64,000 nt of DNA, taken from contig NC_087436.1 in NCBI RefSeq assembly GCF_036321535.1, forward strand, positions 64,606,001 to 64,670,000, written 5' to 3'. The notes beneath the pieces were generated by a model that worked only from the letters and a program-made list of their open reading frames with translations, did not search any database and was not told where the DNA came from. The position numbers were made by a program, and so were the translations under genes. This document shows, piece after piece, positions 38,875 to 51,679 of the stretch. Each line of letters begins with the position of its first letter. The first letter of the stretch is position 1. The DNA comes from Camelus dromedarius. Its lineage: Eukaryota.

Positions 38875-39829
38875 GTAAGTGGCCTTTGTTATACAGAAGG
38901 ACCAGAGAGGTACAAGAAAAAAGTATCATCTTGTACAGCAGAAGAGGGAAAAGAAAAAAAGTGTCATCTATGGTGGACCAGATATTATGCACTGATACTT
39001 TGTTTCAGCAGAGATAGGTTATTATTTTTCTATAATTAGGGGGCTATCACCTGTCATTGGCTTAGAAGTATCCTCATAATCATGTATGTATCCTTCTTAG
39101 GATTTTCCAATATTGGATATATTAGCCTGAGGTCACTTACAGTAAGGTCCATTTATTTATTTATTTTTTAGTTTTTAATATATATATGTATTTTATGTGT
39201 ATATATGTATGTTTATGTTTAGTAGTATTTAAAATTTTATCCTCATGGATCACTTCAATTATAAGAATGTCTCTTAATTATAAACTATAAAGAATTCAGT
39301 CATTTAAGTGAAGGTGATAAAACAATTTTTAGTAATTGTATTATTGGCTCATAAAGACTAAATATTTTTAGTGTATCTAAGGATGTAGCTGACAGTTTTA
39401 TTTCAGAAGATTTTATAAAGCTATTTCAAACTGATTAGATTTAAAGATAGATCAGTATTGATATAATAGTATAGCTCTAGATTATAAAAGGATTTTCACT
39501 TAATTCATAAAATAAATATAACATTTTGGAAGAAAACTTGCAGTCAGTGACAAACTATAAGGATTTGAGCTTGAGTTTTAAATTCTAGGCTTTATAATTG
39601 TTATTTTTATATTCTTATTTACCTGATTTTAATAGCTTTTATTTGCTTTATTTAAAAAAATTAAAATACTAAAAAAAAAACCCTCTAAATAAAAGGCTGA
39701 ACTATTATAAAGTATTGCAGATGGAACATTAATTCCAGTGTTTAGAGTTCAGAAATATTTCATTAATTAGATTATCTTAACTTTGGCATGTTTCTCAATG
39801 AGCACTGATTATCTCTCTTCCATTAACAG

Positions 39830-39952
39830 AATTGGAAGTTGCGAGGCTGAGCACAGAAGGAAACTTAGAAGACCTAAAGTTTCCAGAGAACATGGGCCAT
39901 GGAAGCACTATCCAGCTTTCTGCAAATACCCTGAAACAAAATGGCCGAAACG
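39830..39952 (+). CDS. ADGRL3: ADGRL3 coding exon: GAIN subdomain B
   Basis: Borders aacag|AA and AACG|gtaggt; 123 nt, phase 1-1. Encodes (Q)[40 protein letters not shown]. Not in the ORF track. Confidence 0.97.
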
Positions 39953-41094
39953 GTAGGTTAGCGTTTATTTATTAAGCTTGATAAAATTGCACTTGCTGTG
40001 AATTCCTTGCGTCTTGGCTTAGAATTTTAGATCTGCTACCTAGAAGCTCTCCTCCTCTCACTCCACTATTCTCTTTCATCTCCTCCCCCCGCCCCTTTCT
40101 TATCTCCTGCACCAACAATACTGCAATATTTGCTCTACAGGATCCTCAGTTAGGTTTGGAAATTATTCTGTCACTTTTCAGTTGTAGAAAAATGCTAGAA
40201 ACTTAAATGTGAGGGAAATTAATAAACAACAAAATCCAGATTTCTGACTTTTTTCCTTAAAAAGAATAACTCTCACTGAGTTGACAGATATAGTTTCTAA
40301 AATTTTTAATGGAAATTTTACTTGTAGTTTTAAAATTGTATGTTTTTTACATTATTCATTATTCTTTTAGAGGGTGTTTTTATGCTTTTCCTTTGCAAAG
40401 TATATAGGACATGTAACTGTAAGGAGATGGTTTTGGGGAATGGAATTGGCAGATAAAGGTCAACTTAGTACTAGGTTATGTTTACTGAATATCATTAAAA
40501 TTAAATAAATAATCTCATAAAGTCTCAGTCCTAATATTAAATTTTTTTAAAACATGTATTTTGCTAAGGAAGTGAGAGCCTTTAACCTGTTAGGTGATAG
40601 GAAGATGACCTCAGGTTGCAGCAACCAACTCAAAGCAGTTGTTTCATATTACAAAGTGAATAGTCTGGAAAAAAGAAGAGCCCGTTAAATAATGGCAAGA
40701 AAAACAACAATTATGTTTGTTGCCAGCAGAGCAAAGTTTTTTTTTTCACAAGTGTTGGAAATCTTATAAGACTGAACTTATTGTTATGTTGCTTATTTGA
40801 ATTTTGAGGCAGACAGTAAGATTTTCTGTAGAGCAAAATCAGATTCCTGCAGTAGCTTCCTAGATGGTTTCCCTTCTTTGACTCTTGCCCCCAAACAGTA
40901 TATCCAGTTGACAGAGGGTTCTTCCTGAAACATAAATTTGACCAGTTCCCCTTCAGTTACACTTACAATGAAATCACATGGCTTAACAGTTCTTCCACAT
41001 GCTATCTGGTCCCCTACCCTCCTGCCTTATCTGCTTCACTTCGCATCAGTCTTTAACATCTTCTCTGTGATCCAGGGAGCCTAGTCTTGATTCT

Positions 41095-41891
41095 TTATTT
41101 TTTAAACTGATACATAATTGACATAAAACATTATATAGTTTCAGGTGTACAGCATAATTAATTGATATTTGTGTGTATTGTGAAATGATCACCAAAGTAA
41201 GTCTAGTTAACATCCATCACCTCACATAGTTACAATTTCTTTTTCTTATGAGGAGAGCTTTTAAGATCTACTCACTTATCAGCTGTCGAAATAGAAAATT
41301 AACTATACTCACCACACCATACATTACATCCCTATTACTTACGTGTTTTATCAATGGAAGTTTTTCCATTTTACCCTCTCAACCCATTTTGCCTACACCA
41401 TTCCTCGCCTCTAGCAACCAGCAGTCTGTTTTCTGTATTAGTTTGTTTGTTTTTAAGATTCCACATATAAGTGAGATCATACAATAAATGTCTATCTCTG
41501 TCTGACTTATTTCACTAAGCATAATGTCCTCAAGGTTCATCCATGTTGTAGCAAATGGCAAAATTTCCCTTTTTATGGCTGAATAATATTCCACTTTCCA
41601 TTTGTATTTATGTATGTAATTATATGTATAACATTTTCTTTATCCATTCATCCATCGATGGATACTTAGGTTGTTTCTATTTCTTAGCTATTGTAAATAA
41701 TTTTGCAATGGACATGGGAGTGCATAGATCTTTTTCCAGCTGGCGTTTTTGTTTGGTTCAGATAAATGCCCAGATAAATTGTTGGATCGTATGGTAGTTC
41801 TATTTTAAATTTTTTGAAGAATCTCTTACTGTTTTCCATAATGGCTGCATCAATTATATTTTCACCAACAGTACACAAGGGATCCCTAATT
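41095..41891 (-). mobile_element. Older LINE-1 3' fragment (end of ORF2 and 3' UTR)
   Basis: Minus-strand peptides MEYYSAIKREILPFATTWMNLEDIMLSEISQ and IELPYDP. T-rich tail at the left end. TSD tagtctt(g/a)attct at 41082-41094 and 41892-41904. Confidence 0.9.
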
Positions 41892-42152
41892 TAGTCTTAA
41901 TTCTCTTTCTTGAATACACAAGTGTTCCTCCATAGATATTTTATATTTTTTCTTCTGGAGTGCAGTTTTTACATTTCTTTTATAGAAGCTTCTCTGTCAT
42001 TCACTGCTCGGTGTAAATCTTTCAACTTTAGGCAAGATTTTCCCTATCTCCCCAAAGGTAGATTCTCTTTCCCAGTCACTCTTTTCCCATTAGCCATCTT
42101 ATGCCAATGCTACTTCATAGCATCTATTTACTTACCATTATATAAAATTATA

Positions 42153-45100
42153 ATATATGCACCCAATATAGGAGCACCTAAACACATAAAACAATTACTA
42201 ACAGAGATAAAGGGGGATATTGATGGGAATCAATCATAGTTGGAGATTTTAACACCGCATTAACATCACTAGACAGATCTTCCACAAACAGAAAATAAAT
42301 AAGGCACCAGAGAAACTAAAAAAAAATTAGATTTGGTGGATATTTTCAGAGCATCACACCCCTCAAAAATAGGATATACATTCTTTTCAAGTGCACATGG
42401 AACATTTTCTAGGATTGATCATGTAATTGGGCACAAAAGAAACCTCAACAATTTTAAGAAGATAGAAATTATCACAAGCATCTTTACTGACCACAATGCC
42501 ATGAAACTAGAAATCAACAACAGAGAAACAAAGGAGAAAAAAAGGAAAGCATGGAGATTGAACAATATGCTATTAAAAAACCAGTGGGTCAATGAGGAAA
42601 TCAAAGCTGAAATTAAAAAATACCTTGAGACAAATTTAAATGAAAGCACAACCACACAAAATTTATGGGACACAGCAAAGGCAGTGCTAAGAGGGAAGTT
42701 TATAGCGATACAGGCCTTCCTCAAAAAAGAAGGACAATCTCAAATAAACAATTTAACCCATCAACTAAAAGAACTAGAAAAAGAAGAACAAAAAACCCCT
42801 AAAGGCAGCAGAAGGAAGGAAATTATAAAGATCAGGGAGGAAATAAATAAAATAGAGATTTAAAAAACCATAGAAAATATCAGTCAAACCAAAAGCTGCT
42901 TTTTTGAAAAAGTAAATAAAATCGACAAACCTCTGGCCAAACTCACAAAGAAGAAAAAAGAGAGAACACAAATTAGCAAAATAAGAAAGGAAAATGGAGA
43001 AATTACAACAAATAAAATAGAAATATAGAATATCATACGAGAATATTATGAAAAACTATATGGAACCAAACTGGATAACCTAGAGGAGATGGACAAGTTT
43101 CTGGAAACATACAGTCCACTAAGACTGAATCAAGAAGAAACTGACCACTTGAACAAACAGATCACTAGAAATGAAATCGAAATAGTAATAAAAAAAAACC
43201 TCTCTACAAATAAAAGTCCAGGACCAGATGGCTTCACTGGGGAATTCTACCAAACATACAAAGAAGAACTCATACCAGTCCTTCTCAGACTCTTCCAGAA
43301 GACTGAAAGGAGGGAATACTCCCACACTCATTCTATGAAGCCACCATCACCCTGATACCAAAACCAGGCAAAGACACTACCAAAAAAGAGAATTATAGGC
43401 CAATATCACTGATGAACGTAGACACCAAAATCCTCACCAAAATATTAGCAAATAGAATCCAACAACACATAAAAAAGATTATACATCATGACCAAGTGGG
43501 GTTCATCCCAGGGACACAAGCATGGTTCAACATAGGCAAATCAATCAATGTAATACATCATATCAACAAGAGAAAGGACAAAAACCACATGATCATCTCA
43601 ATAGATGCAGAAAAAGCATTTGATAAAATTCAACACCCGTTTATGATAAAAACTCTCACCAAAGTGGGTATAGAAGGAACATATCTCAACATCATAAAAG
43701 CTATATATGACAAACCTACAGCCAGCATAGTACTCAATGGTGAAAAACTCAAAAGCTTCCCACTAAAATCTGGGCCAAGACAAGGATGCCCGCTATCACC
43801 ACTCCTATTCAACATAGCCTTGGAAGTCCTAGCCACAGCAATCAGGCAAGAGAGAGAAATAAAAGGGATCCAAATTGGAAAAGAAAAGGCAAAAGTGTCA
43901 CTATATGCCGATGACATGTTACTATATATAGAAAACCCTAAAAGGTCCACACAAAAACTACTAGAGCTGATCAAAGAATTCAGCAAGATAGCAGGTTATA
44001 AGATTAACGTTCAAAAATCAGTTGCATTTCTTTACACTAACAATGAATCAACAGAAAAAGAAAGTAAAGAAACAATCCCCTTTAAAATAGCACCCAAAGT
44101 AATAAAATACATAGGAATAAATCTAACCAAGGAGGTGAAAGAATTATATACAGAAAACTATAAACCATTGATGAAGGAAATTAAAGAAGATTTTAAAAAA
44201 TGGAAAGATATCCCATGCTCTTGGATTGGAAGAATCAATATTGTTAAAATGGTCACACTGCCCAAGGCAATCTACAGATTTATGCAATCCCTATCAAATT
44301 ACCCAGGACATACTTCACAGAACTAGAAAAAATCATAATAAAATTTATATGGAACCATCAAAGACCTAGAATTGCCAAGGCATTACTGAAGAGAAAGAGG
44401 CTGGAGGAATAACTCTCCCAGACTTCAGACAATACTATAGAGCCACAGTCATCAAGGCAATATGGTATTGGTAGAAAAACAGACATATAGACCAATGAAA
44501 CAGAATAGAGAGCCCAGAAATGAACCCGCAAACTTTTGATCAACTAATCTTCGACAAAGGAGGCAAGAATATACAATGGAATAAAGACAGTCTCATGAGC
44601 AAATGGTGTTGGAAAAACTGGATAGCAGCATGTAAAGCAATGAATCTAGAACACTCCCTTACACCATACACAAAAATAAACTCAAAATTGATCAAAGACT
44701 TAAACATAAGACAAGATACAATAAACCTCCTAGAAGAAAACATAGGCAAAACATTATCTGACATACATCTCAAAAATGTTCTCCTAGAACAGTCTACTCA
44801 AGCAATAGAAATAAAACCAAGAAGAAACAAATGGGACCTAGTGAAACTGACAAGCTTCTGCACAGCAAAGGAAACCAGAAATAAAACAAGAAGAAAACCT
44901 ACGGAATGGGAGAAAATTTTTGCAAATGAAACCAACAAAGGCTTGATCTCCAGAATATATAAGCAGCTCATACGACTTAATAAGAAAAAAGCAAACAACC
45001 CAATCCAAAAATGGGCAAAAGACCTAAACAAGCGATTCTCCAAGGAAGACATACAAATGATCAATAGGCACATGAAAAAATGCTCAATATCACTAATTAT

Positions 45101-45937
45101 CAGGGAAATGCAAGTCAAAAACTACAATGAGATATCACCTCACAGCAGTCAGAATGGCCGTCATTCAAAAATCCACAAATGACAAATGCTGGAGAGGCTG
45201 TGGTGAAAGGGGAACCCTCCTACACTGCTGGTGGGAATGCAGTTTGGTGCAGCCACTGTGGAAAACAATATGGAGATTCCTCAAAAGACTAGTAGGAATA
45301 GACTTACCGTATGACCCAGGAATCCCACTCCTGGGCATATATCCAGAAGGAACCCTACTTCAAAATGACACCTGCACCCCAATGTTCATAGCAGCACTAT
45401 TTACAATAGTCAAGACATGGAGACAGCCTAAATGTCCATCAACAGATGACTGGATAAAGAAGAGGTGGCATATTTATACAATGGAATACTACTCAGCCAT
45501 AAAAACCGACAACATACGCCATTTGCAGCAACATGGATGCTCCTGGAGAATGTCATTCTAAGTGAAGTAAGCCAGAAAGAGAAAGAAAAATACCATATGA
45601 GATCACTCATATGTGGAATCTAAAACAAACAAACAAACAAAGCATAAATACAAAACAGAAACAGAATCATAGACATAGAATACAAACTTGTGGTTGCCAA
45701 GGGGGCGGAGGGTGGTAAGGGATAGACAGGATTTCAAAAATGTAGAATAGATAAACAAGATTATACTGTATAGCACAGGGAAATATACACAAGATCTTAT
45801 GGCAGCTCACAGCGAAAAAAAATGTGACAATGAATATATATATGTTCATGTATAACTGAAAAATTGTGCATTACACTGGAATTTGACACAACATTGTAAA
45901 ATGATTATAAATCAATAAAAAATGTTAAAAAAATGAA
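42153..45937 (+). mobile_element. Young 5'-truncated LINE-1 (disrupted ORF2, 3' UTR, A-rich tail), sense to ADGRL3
   Basis: ORF2 fragments: endonuclease motifs IYAPN, GDFNT, RIDH and TDHNA; reverse transcriptase QGCPLSP and YADD; C-terminal [18 protein letters not shown]. Several frameshifts and stops. AATAAA at 45914-45919. TSD ataaaattata at 42142-42152 and 45938-45948. Confidence 0.96.
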
Positions 45938-46599
45938 ATAAAATTATATTTTTATTATTATTACTTTTAAGTTGCCTGCTTATTGTCTAACTCTTTCTCT
46001 GGGAGGTGATCTCTATGAAAGCAAGGGTCGTTTCTAATTAGTTCACTGATATAACCCTCGTGCCTGACACGTGGATGCAATCACTAAGGGTTTATCAAAT
46101 AAATCTATGAACTTCAAATACAAAGCTAATGAACATTGAAATATGTCTATATTAGTCATATTACGTTTGTGCTCATTTTATTTACTAAATTAATGTAGTG
46201 TGTGTATGTGTTAGGTCACACTTAAGCATGAATTTTGGAGTGAAGACTCTGTAACAATCACATGTGACCAATTGCACTGGTAAAACAAGGTGGGATGATA
46301 TGACACCATCCCACAGGGGAAATTGGTATGAATTATCAGACAATTATAAACTAATTAAAATGAAAGTTGTTACTGTCAGTAAGAAAAATATAGTCATTCC
46401 TATGTTTAGCCTTCCAAAAATCAGCTTTTTTGTATTAAATCTAGAGAGAAAGAACTAAAATTAAACGCCATGTTCTAACAGTCAAGAAGCATTTCATGAA
46501 TTACTATTGTTTGCTCAGTGCTATGTTAATAGATGTGAAATAGAAGTTTAAGAATGCCCTTTTCCTTTATGTAGCTCTTACCATAATCTCTTTGCTGGA

Positions 46600-46746
46600 T
46601 TCCTGAAAGGATAGTAGATATCTTATAGAATCACTGAGCAGGCTGTAGAACCAGGCCCAGAAAATGTATGAGCGCAAGGAGGCTGACAGCAGCCTGTATC
46701 ATCGCGCAGAATCAGTGCTCTGAGGTGTCACTGCTGCCACGAGGGA

Positions 46747-46807
<61 letters not shown>

Positions 46808-46960
46808 ACCACCTCCTGCTTTCTTGTGTCACTAGCTCCTCATCCGAAATCTGAGGCCAGTGCATCCAGCTGGGTGCATCTAACTGAGGTGCCCAGAGCA
46901 ACCTCTTTGCAAGGCAGTCTAGGAAAGCAAGTATATGTCTATTTTGTGTCTATAAATCCC
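46600..46960. mobile_element. Ancient MLT1-like LTR fragment containing a CTG repeat
   Basis: GC-richer island; tttgcaaggcagtctaggaaagcaagtat resembles the MLT1 motif ctgcaagggaggctgggaaa. Confidence 0.4.
46750..46806 (+). repeat. Perfect (CTG)19 trinucleotide microsatellite
   Basis: 57 nt of uninterrupted CTG, counted directly. Confidence 0.97.
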
Positions 46961-47379
46961 TACCAGTAGGGAATTTCCCACGTGTGGGAGCACAATTTAG
47001 ACATTGGACAGCTCCCTCCTTCCTCAAAAAATGTATTAAAATTTTTTGTCTTTATTCCCACTTGGCTCTAAGCTTCAAGGACAAGGATTGGGAGTTCCTC
47101 ATCTTAGTTACCACTGTGGTCAAGGCAGCGCCTATCTCTTGGTGAACCGAAATGAATTTATACTGAAAGTAAAACATAGGGCTTGATTTATTTTAAGGAA
47201 GGAAATGATAAAAATTTTTTTTAAAAACATGCTAAAAGAAAGTTAATTTTTCAGAGGATTTCATGTAAGAGATTGTCATAAGGGGAAAAATAAGCTAGAA
47301 GGATGTATGGAGACAGTGACTTTAAAAAAACAGGATAATTGAGTTTTAAGACAGATAAAGATTTTGAATCTTTGTTTTA

Positions 47380-48605
47380 TTTTAATTGCAATTGCAATAT
47401 AATTTACATACAATGATATGCACATTCCTTAAGTGTTTAGCTTGATAAATCTGACAGTTGTACATTCCTCTATGACATCGCATAAAACAAGGTAAAAATC
47501 TCTTCTATTACACAGAAGATGTCCCAGTGCCTCTTTCCAGTCTTCTCACCCCCTCTCCCCACCTGATTAAACTACGCTCTTCCCGTTACTATTTCTGTAG
47601 ATAAATTGTACCTGTTCTTAGACTTTATGTAACTGGAATCATACCGTATGTACTTTTATGTCTGTATTCTTTAGCTCAGCATATTATTTTTGGGATTCAG
47701 TCATTATGCTTCATCTGTCAGTTTGTTCTTTATCAATGTATAGTAATTCTATTATCTTAGTAAGCCATAATTTATTTATTCACCTATTGATAGATTTTTT
47801 TGAGTTGTTTCCAGTTTGGGGCTGAAATGAATAAGGATGTTATAAACACTTTTATACGACTTTTTTCTTGTGGATGTCTGTTTTCATGTGTCTAGGAAGG
47901 GTAATATGTTTAACTTTATAAGAAATTGTCGAACATGTTTCCGAAGAGTTGAACCATTTCACATTCCCACCAGCAATATACAGAGTTCCATTTGTTCCAC
48001 ATTCTTACCAACATTAGTGTGGCTTATCTTTCGTAGTGTAGATTTTAGGCTTCCTAGTGGGTATGTAATAGTATCTCAGTATGATTTTAATTTTTAATTT
48101 GCCTAATTCTAATGATCTGATCATTTTTCATGTGTCTTTAGCTTTTTGTATATCTGTTTTTAAAGTCTGTGTTTATGTCTTTTGTCATTTTGGTGTGTTT
48201 ATTATTTTACTGTTGAGTAGCAGAAATGCTTTACATGAGTCATATGCATATATATATTTCCTAGTCTGTGGCTTGCCTATGCATTTTCTTAATGCTACAT
48301 TTTGATAGACACAAATTTTCAATTTTGATAAAGTTCAGTTTACCTTTTTTTTCTTTTATGGTTAGTGTTTTTTGGGTCCTGCCCGAGGCATTGTTGCCTT
48401 TCCCAAGATCACAAAGATATTCTATACTTTGTTCCAGAGGCTCTGTGGTTCTAATTTCTATGTTTAGGTCTGTGATCCATCCTGAATTAAGTTCTAAATA
48501 TGGAGTGAAATAGGGATTGAGGTTCATTTTTTAAATACTGATATATCATTGTTTCAGCATCATTTGACTTTTCTTTCCTCATGAATGACTTGGCAGTTTG
48601 ATTGA
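47380..48605 (-). mobile_element. Old L1 3' region (L1MD/L1ME-like)
   Basis: Minus-strand peptide MNLNPYFTPYLELNSGWITDLNI...LNFIKIENLC resembles ORF2. Also acattcccaccagcaat and gttgtttccagtttggggct. Confidence 0.8.
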
Positions 48606-48742
48606 AATGAATGTTTGAATTTTGTTGTGAAAATATATATGTATTATATATAGATTTGATTACAACCTAATTAGAACTATCTAATTTAAGTAGAATATAC
48701 AAGCTAATCAATTTCTTCCCAATTTACATGTACTTATTTTAG

Positions 48743-48951
48743 GAGAGATCAGAGTGGCCTTTGTCCTGTATAACAACTTGGGTCCTTATTTGTCCACGGA
48801 GAATGCCAGCATGAAGTTGGGAACAGAGGCTATGTCCACCAATCATTCTGTTATTGTCAATTCCCCGGTTATTACAGCAGCAATAAACAAAGAGTTTAGT
48901 AATAAGGTTTATTTGGCTGATCCTGTGGTGTTCACTGTTAAACATATCAAG
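48743..48951 (+). CDS. ADGRL3: ADGRL3 coding exon: GAIN subdomain B
   Basis: Borders ttttag|GA and AAG|gtaaga; 209 nt, phase 1-0. Encodes (G)EIRVAFVLYNNLGPYLSTENASMKLGTEAMSTNHSVIVNSPVITAAINKEFSNKVYLADPVVFTVKHIK. Confidence 0.97.
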
Positions 48952-49647
48952 GTAAGAAAATGACATTTAAAGTTTTGTTGTCCACATTATCTATATTTGT
49001 TATAACATAAGCATGAAGTGTCTGAATTTTCTTTTCTTTTTTCCTTATTATTTGATATAGTAATTCATTATTTAAAAAATTATTAGTGATTTTTTTTCCA
49101 CAGTAAGGAAGGAGAGTAATTCTTGTATACATATATACTTAAAGTAAAAACATTTATGGATCTATAAATGTTTCTCTATAATTAAAAATAGCGAGCAATA
49201 TGTTTAGTGGAAATGGACATGGCTTCACATCTGATATTACAAGTAATTATGTCTTTGTGTGTAGTTATATTTTTGTGTTTATGCAAAGATTGTATTGTAA
49301 ATTGAACAGAGATTTTTAAAACCATCCTTTCAGAAGTTGATTATATAGAATAATTCTTTACTTTGCAGTATAAATTAATTGATATGACTCTGAGACATTG
49401 ATACTAGTATTCTTTCAATATTAATTTTTTAAAAAAATGAATTCACCTCTAATCAAGAGGGGTAAACAACAGCATATATTCAAATTTGCTTAGATTTGAT
49501 GAGCTCCACTTAATATGAAAACACTAGTAGACATCGCCACAAAAATTGGAACATAGTATGAACTTGTGTTCAATGTAAAGAAAATGCCTACCTAATATAC
49601 GTGATCATAAGGTAGTTATTGGCTTTATTGATGTCTTTTTCCTGCAG

Positions 49648-49824
49648 CAGTCCGAGGAAAATTTCAATCCTAACTGTTCATTTTGGAGCTATTCCAAGCG
49701 CACAATGACAGGTTATTGGTCAACCCAAGGCTGTCGGCTCCTGACAACAAATAAGACACACACTACGTGCTCTTGTAACCACCTAACCAATTTTGCAGTA
49801 CTGATGGCACATGTGGAAGTTAAG
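49648..49824 (+). CDS. ADGRL3: ADGRL3 coding exon: GPS motif, autoproteolysis site and tethered agonist
   Basis: Borders ctgcag|CAG and AAG|gtaaga; 177 nt, phase 0-0. Encodes [62 protein letters not shown] at 49780-49788; Stachel TNFAVLM at 49786-49806. Confidence 0.97.
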
Positions 49825-51679
49825 GTAAGATATATACCACAAAATAAAAATGTCTTAGCATACAGTTAAGACACTAACTGTATAAAGTCCTAACTCTCTG
49901 TCTAACTTGAGACATAATTCTAGTCAAGAACACTCTGGTGTTCAACTCCTATCCTCCTGGATGAGGCAAGGAACTCTTTTTTTCTATTTTCAATACAGTT
50001 TATAAAATTGAAATTTGCTTTTAAAGTAAAATTTTGCTAATAAAGCTTCCCCTATCTTCCCTGCTTTTACTTTGTATGAATAAATGTCCATATAAATGTC
50101 CAAATAAATGACCATATCCTTATGAGCAGGGCAAGATAGGACCCCAGCACCAAAGGCCAGTGTGATGGGGTTAGGAATCTGGGATCTGGTAGGCTGAAGA
50201 CTAAGGAGCTTGCATGGGATTAAATGCTCTCAAAATGAGTCTTGGGGAAATAGCCATTAAGCACAAAACACAGAGCATGGTAATACCTAGAGCTTGGCAA
50301 ATTTTAACATAATATAATGGTTCTTTCCATTCAAGAAGGCACTATTCTAAGGAAAAATCCAGGTGATAGATTGTTTCCAAAATCAAGTGTGACTAATGTG
50401 ACTTCACCAGTCTCTTTCCAGTGTGACTGCTTTGTCATAGAAGGCAGGAAAAGGATTTAGATTTCTGATATATTTAGGACATAAAAATACAAGGGGCTTA
50501 TTAACTTGGCTATATAGATTGATAGATGGGTTAGTTACAAGAAATTGTATACTTGTGAATTCTCTTCTTATCTTCTGATGTCAATAAAAATAGAGGAAGT
50601 ATCACTATCCAGTACATTTTAAAACATGAAAACTGTGGTAAAAGTTTTATCTACCTGGTGTCATTGATCAGTAATTTCATCCAGAATTTTCTTTGACACA
50701 GTTGAGTTTAGAGATGATACAGGTATCCCAGAGGAAGACCACATTTCCACACCCAGTTAGCAGCTTAGGAGTAAATTACCTTAGCTGTGTCAACACAGTC
50801 AAATTTTGGTCTTTAAAGGAGTACAAACGCTATTCGATCAGAGCTTCACAAACTGATCGAGCTTAGCAAGATTGTCTGTACTAACAAATGTTACATTTAA
50901 ACCTGGAATGTGTTAGTATGGCTCCAGGATTCTATCTTTCAGCTTAGGCGATAAATTCAAACATAGAGAAATGGATCATATTTCAAGCAACAACAAAATG
51001 TAATTTTTCGCTCAGTTCTATGCTTAACAGCCTCTCCCCAGTCCATTACACAAGAATCTTGACTGTGACCATTATTGTGTGTCAACAAGAGATAAAATAG
51101 ATGGAAATCAATGTTTTCCTTCAGCAGTCAGTCACAGAGTAAGTATGCCCTGGATTTCTTGTATCACAGTCTCTTGCAGCTGCCTGAGTCAGTCCCATTT
51201 TGATTGCACAACATGATTTTGGCACTGGAAATATGGAAAACAAGCAGAGTGATCATCCCTGGAAGTTCAAAAAGAAACACACTAACCAAACTTACATTAG
51301 ACTAGTATCTAGAACAGAATGCTAATTTATTCATGCACAGTGAGATGTACAATGGCCAGTTGTAACAGATACTTATGTTTGCTAGTTATCACTTTCTAAC
51401 TCCACAAGAAAACCCTCTGCCAGAGGTATCACAGATTCCAGCATTCTGGTGAAGCTTCTGGTCCTCATGGACTCACATTTCTAAGGGCAAGGAGAGGGCA
51501 GAGAAGGGAACTGCAGTCATAATTGTGATGATTCTTATAACTGAGGCCTACACTGTGATATAGGGACACAGAGGAGGGTCATTGATCTAAGACAAAACTG
51601 CTCAGAGAGGGTTTAGCAAAAAAGGGTCCTGCTCTGAAGAATGAGTAGGGTATATTTAACAAGGTAACTCGTGGAAAAT

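Larger units (their letters stand above)
40850..46105 (+). mobile_element. Ancient LINE-2 3' region split into three pieces (~40850-41094, ~41905-42152, ~45949-46105) by two L1 insertions
   Basis: The pieces join in L2 3' order and end in an L2-type terminus (ctctatgaaagcaagggtc...gttcactgatataaccc...gtgcctgacac...aaataaat). Recognised from memory of the consensus. Confidence 0.65.

Noticed and set aside
42333..45561. Reverse transcriptase and endonuclease ORFs as a novel retroelement system or an active L1
   Set aside because: Standard L1 ORF2, broken by frameshifts and stops, with no 5' UTR or ORF1.
49825..50110. Read-through stop plus clustered AATAAA after the GPS exon, as a secreted isoform
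   Set aside because: AATAAA is very common at this AT content, two copies come from a small 12-bp tandem repeat (~50079-50115), and the donor is strong.
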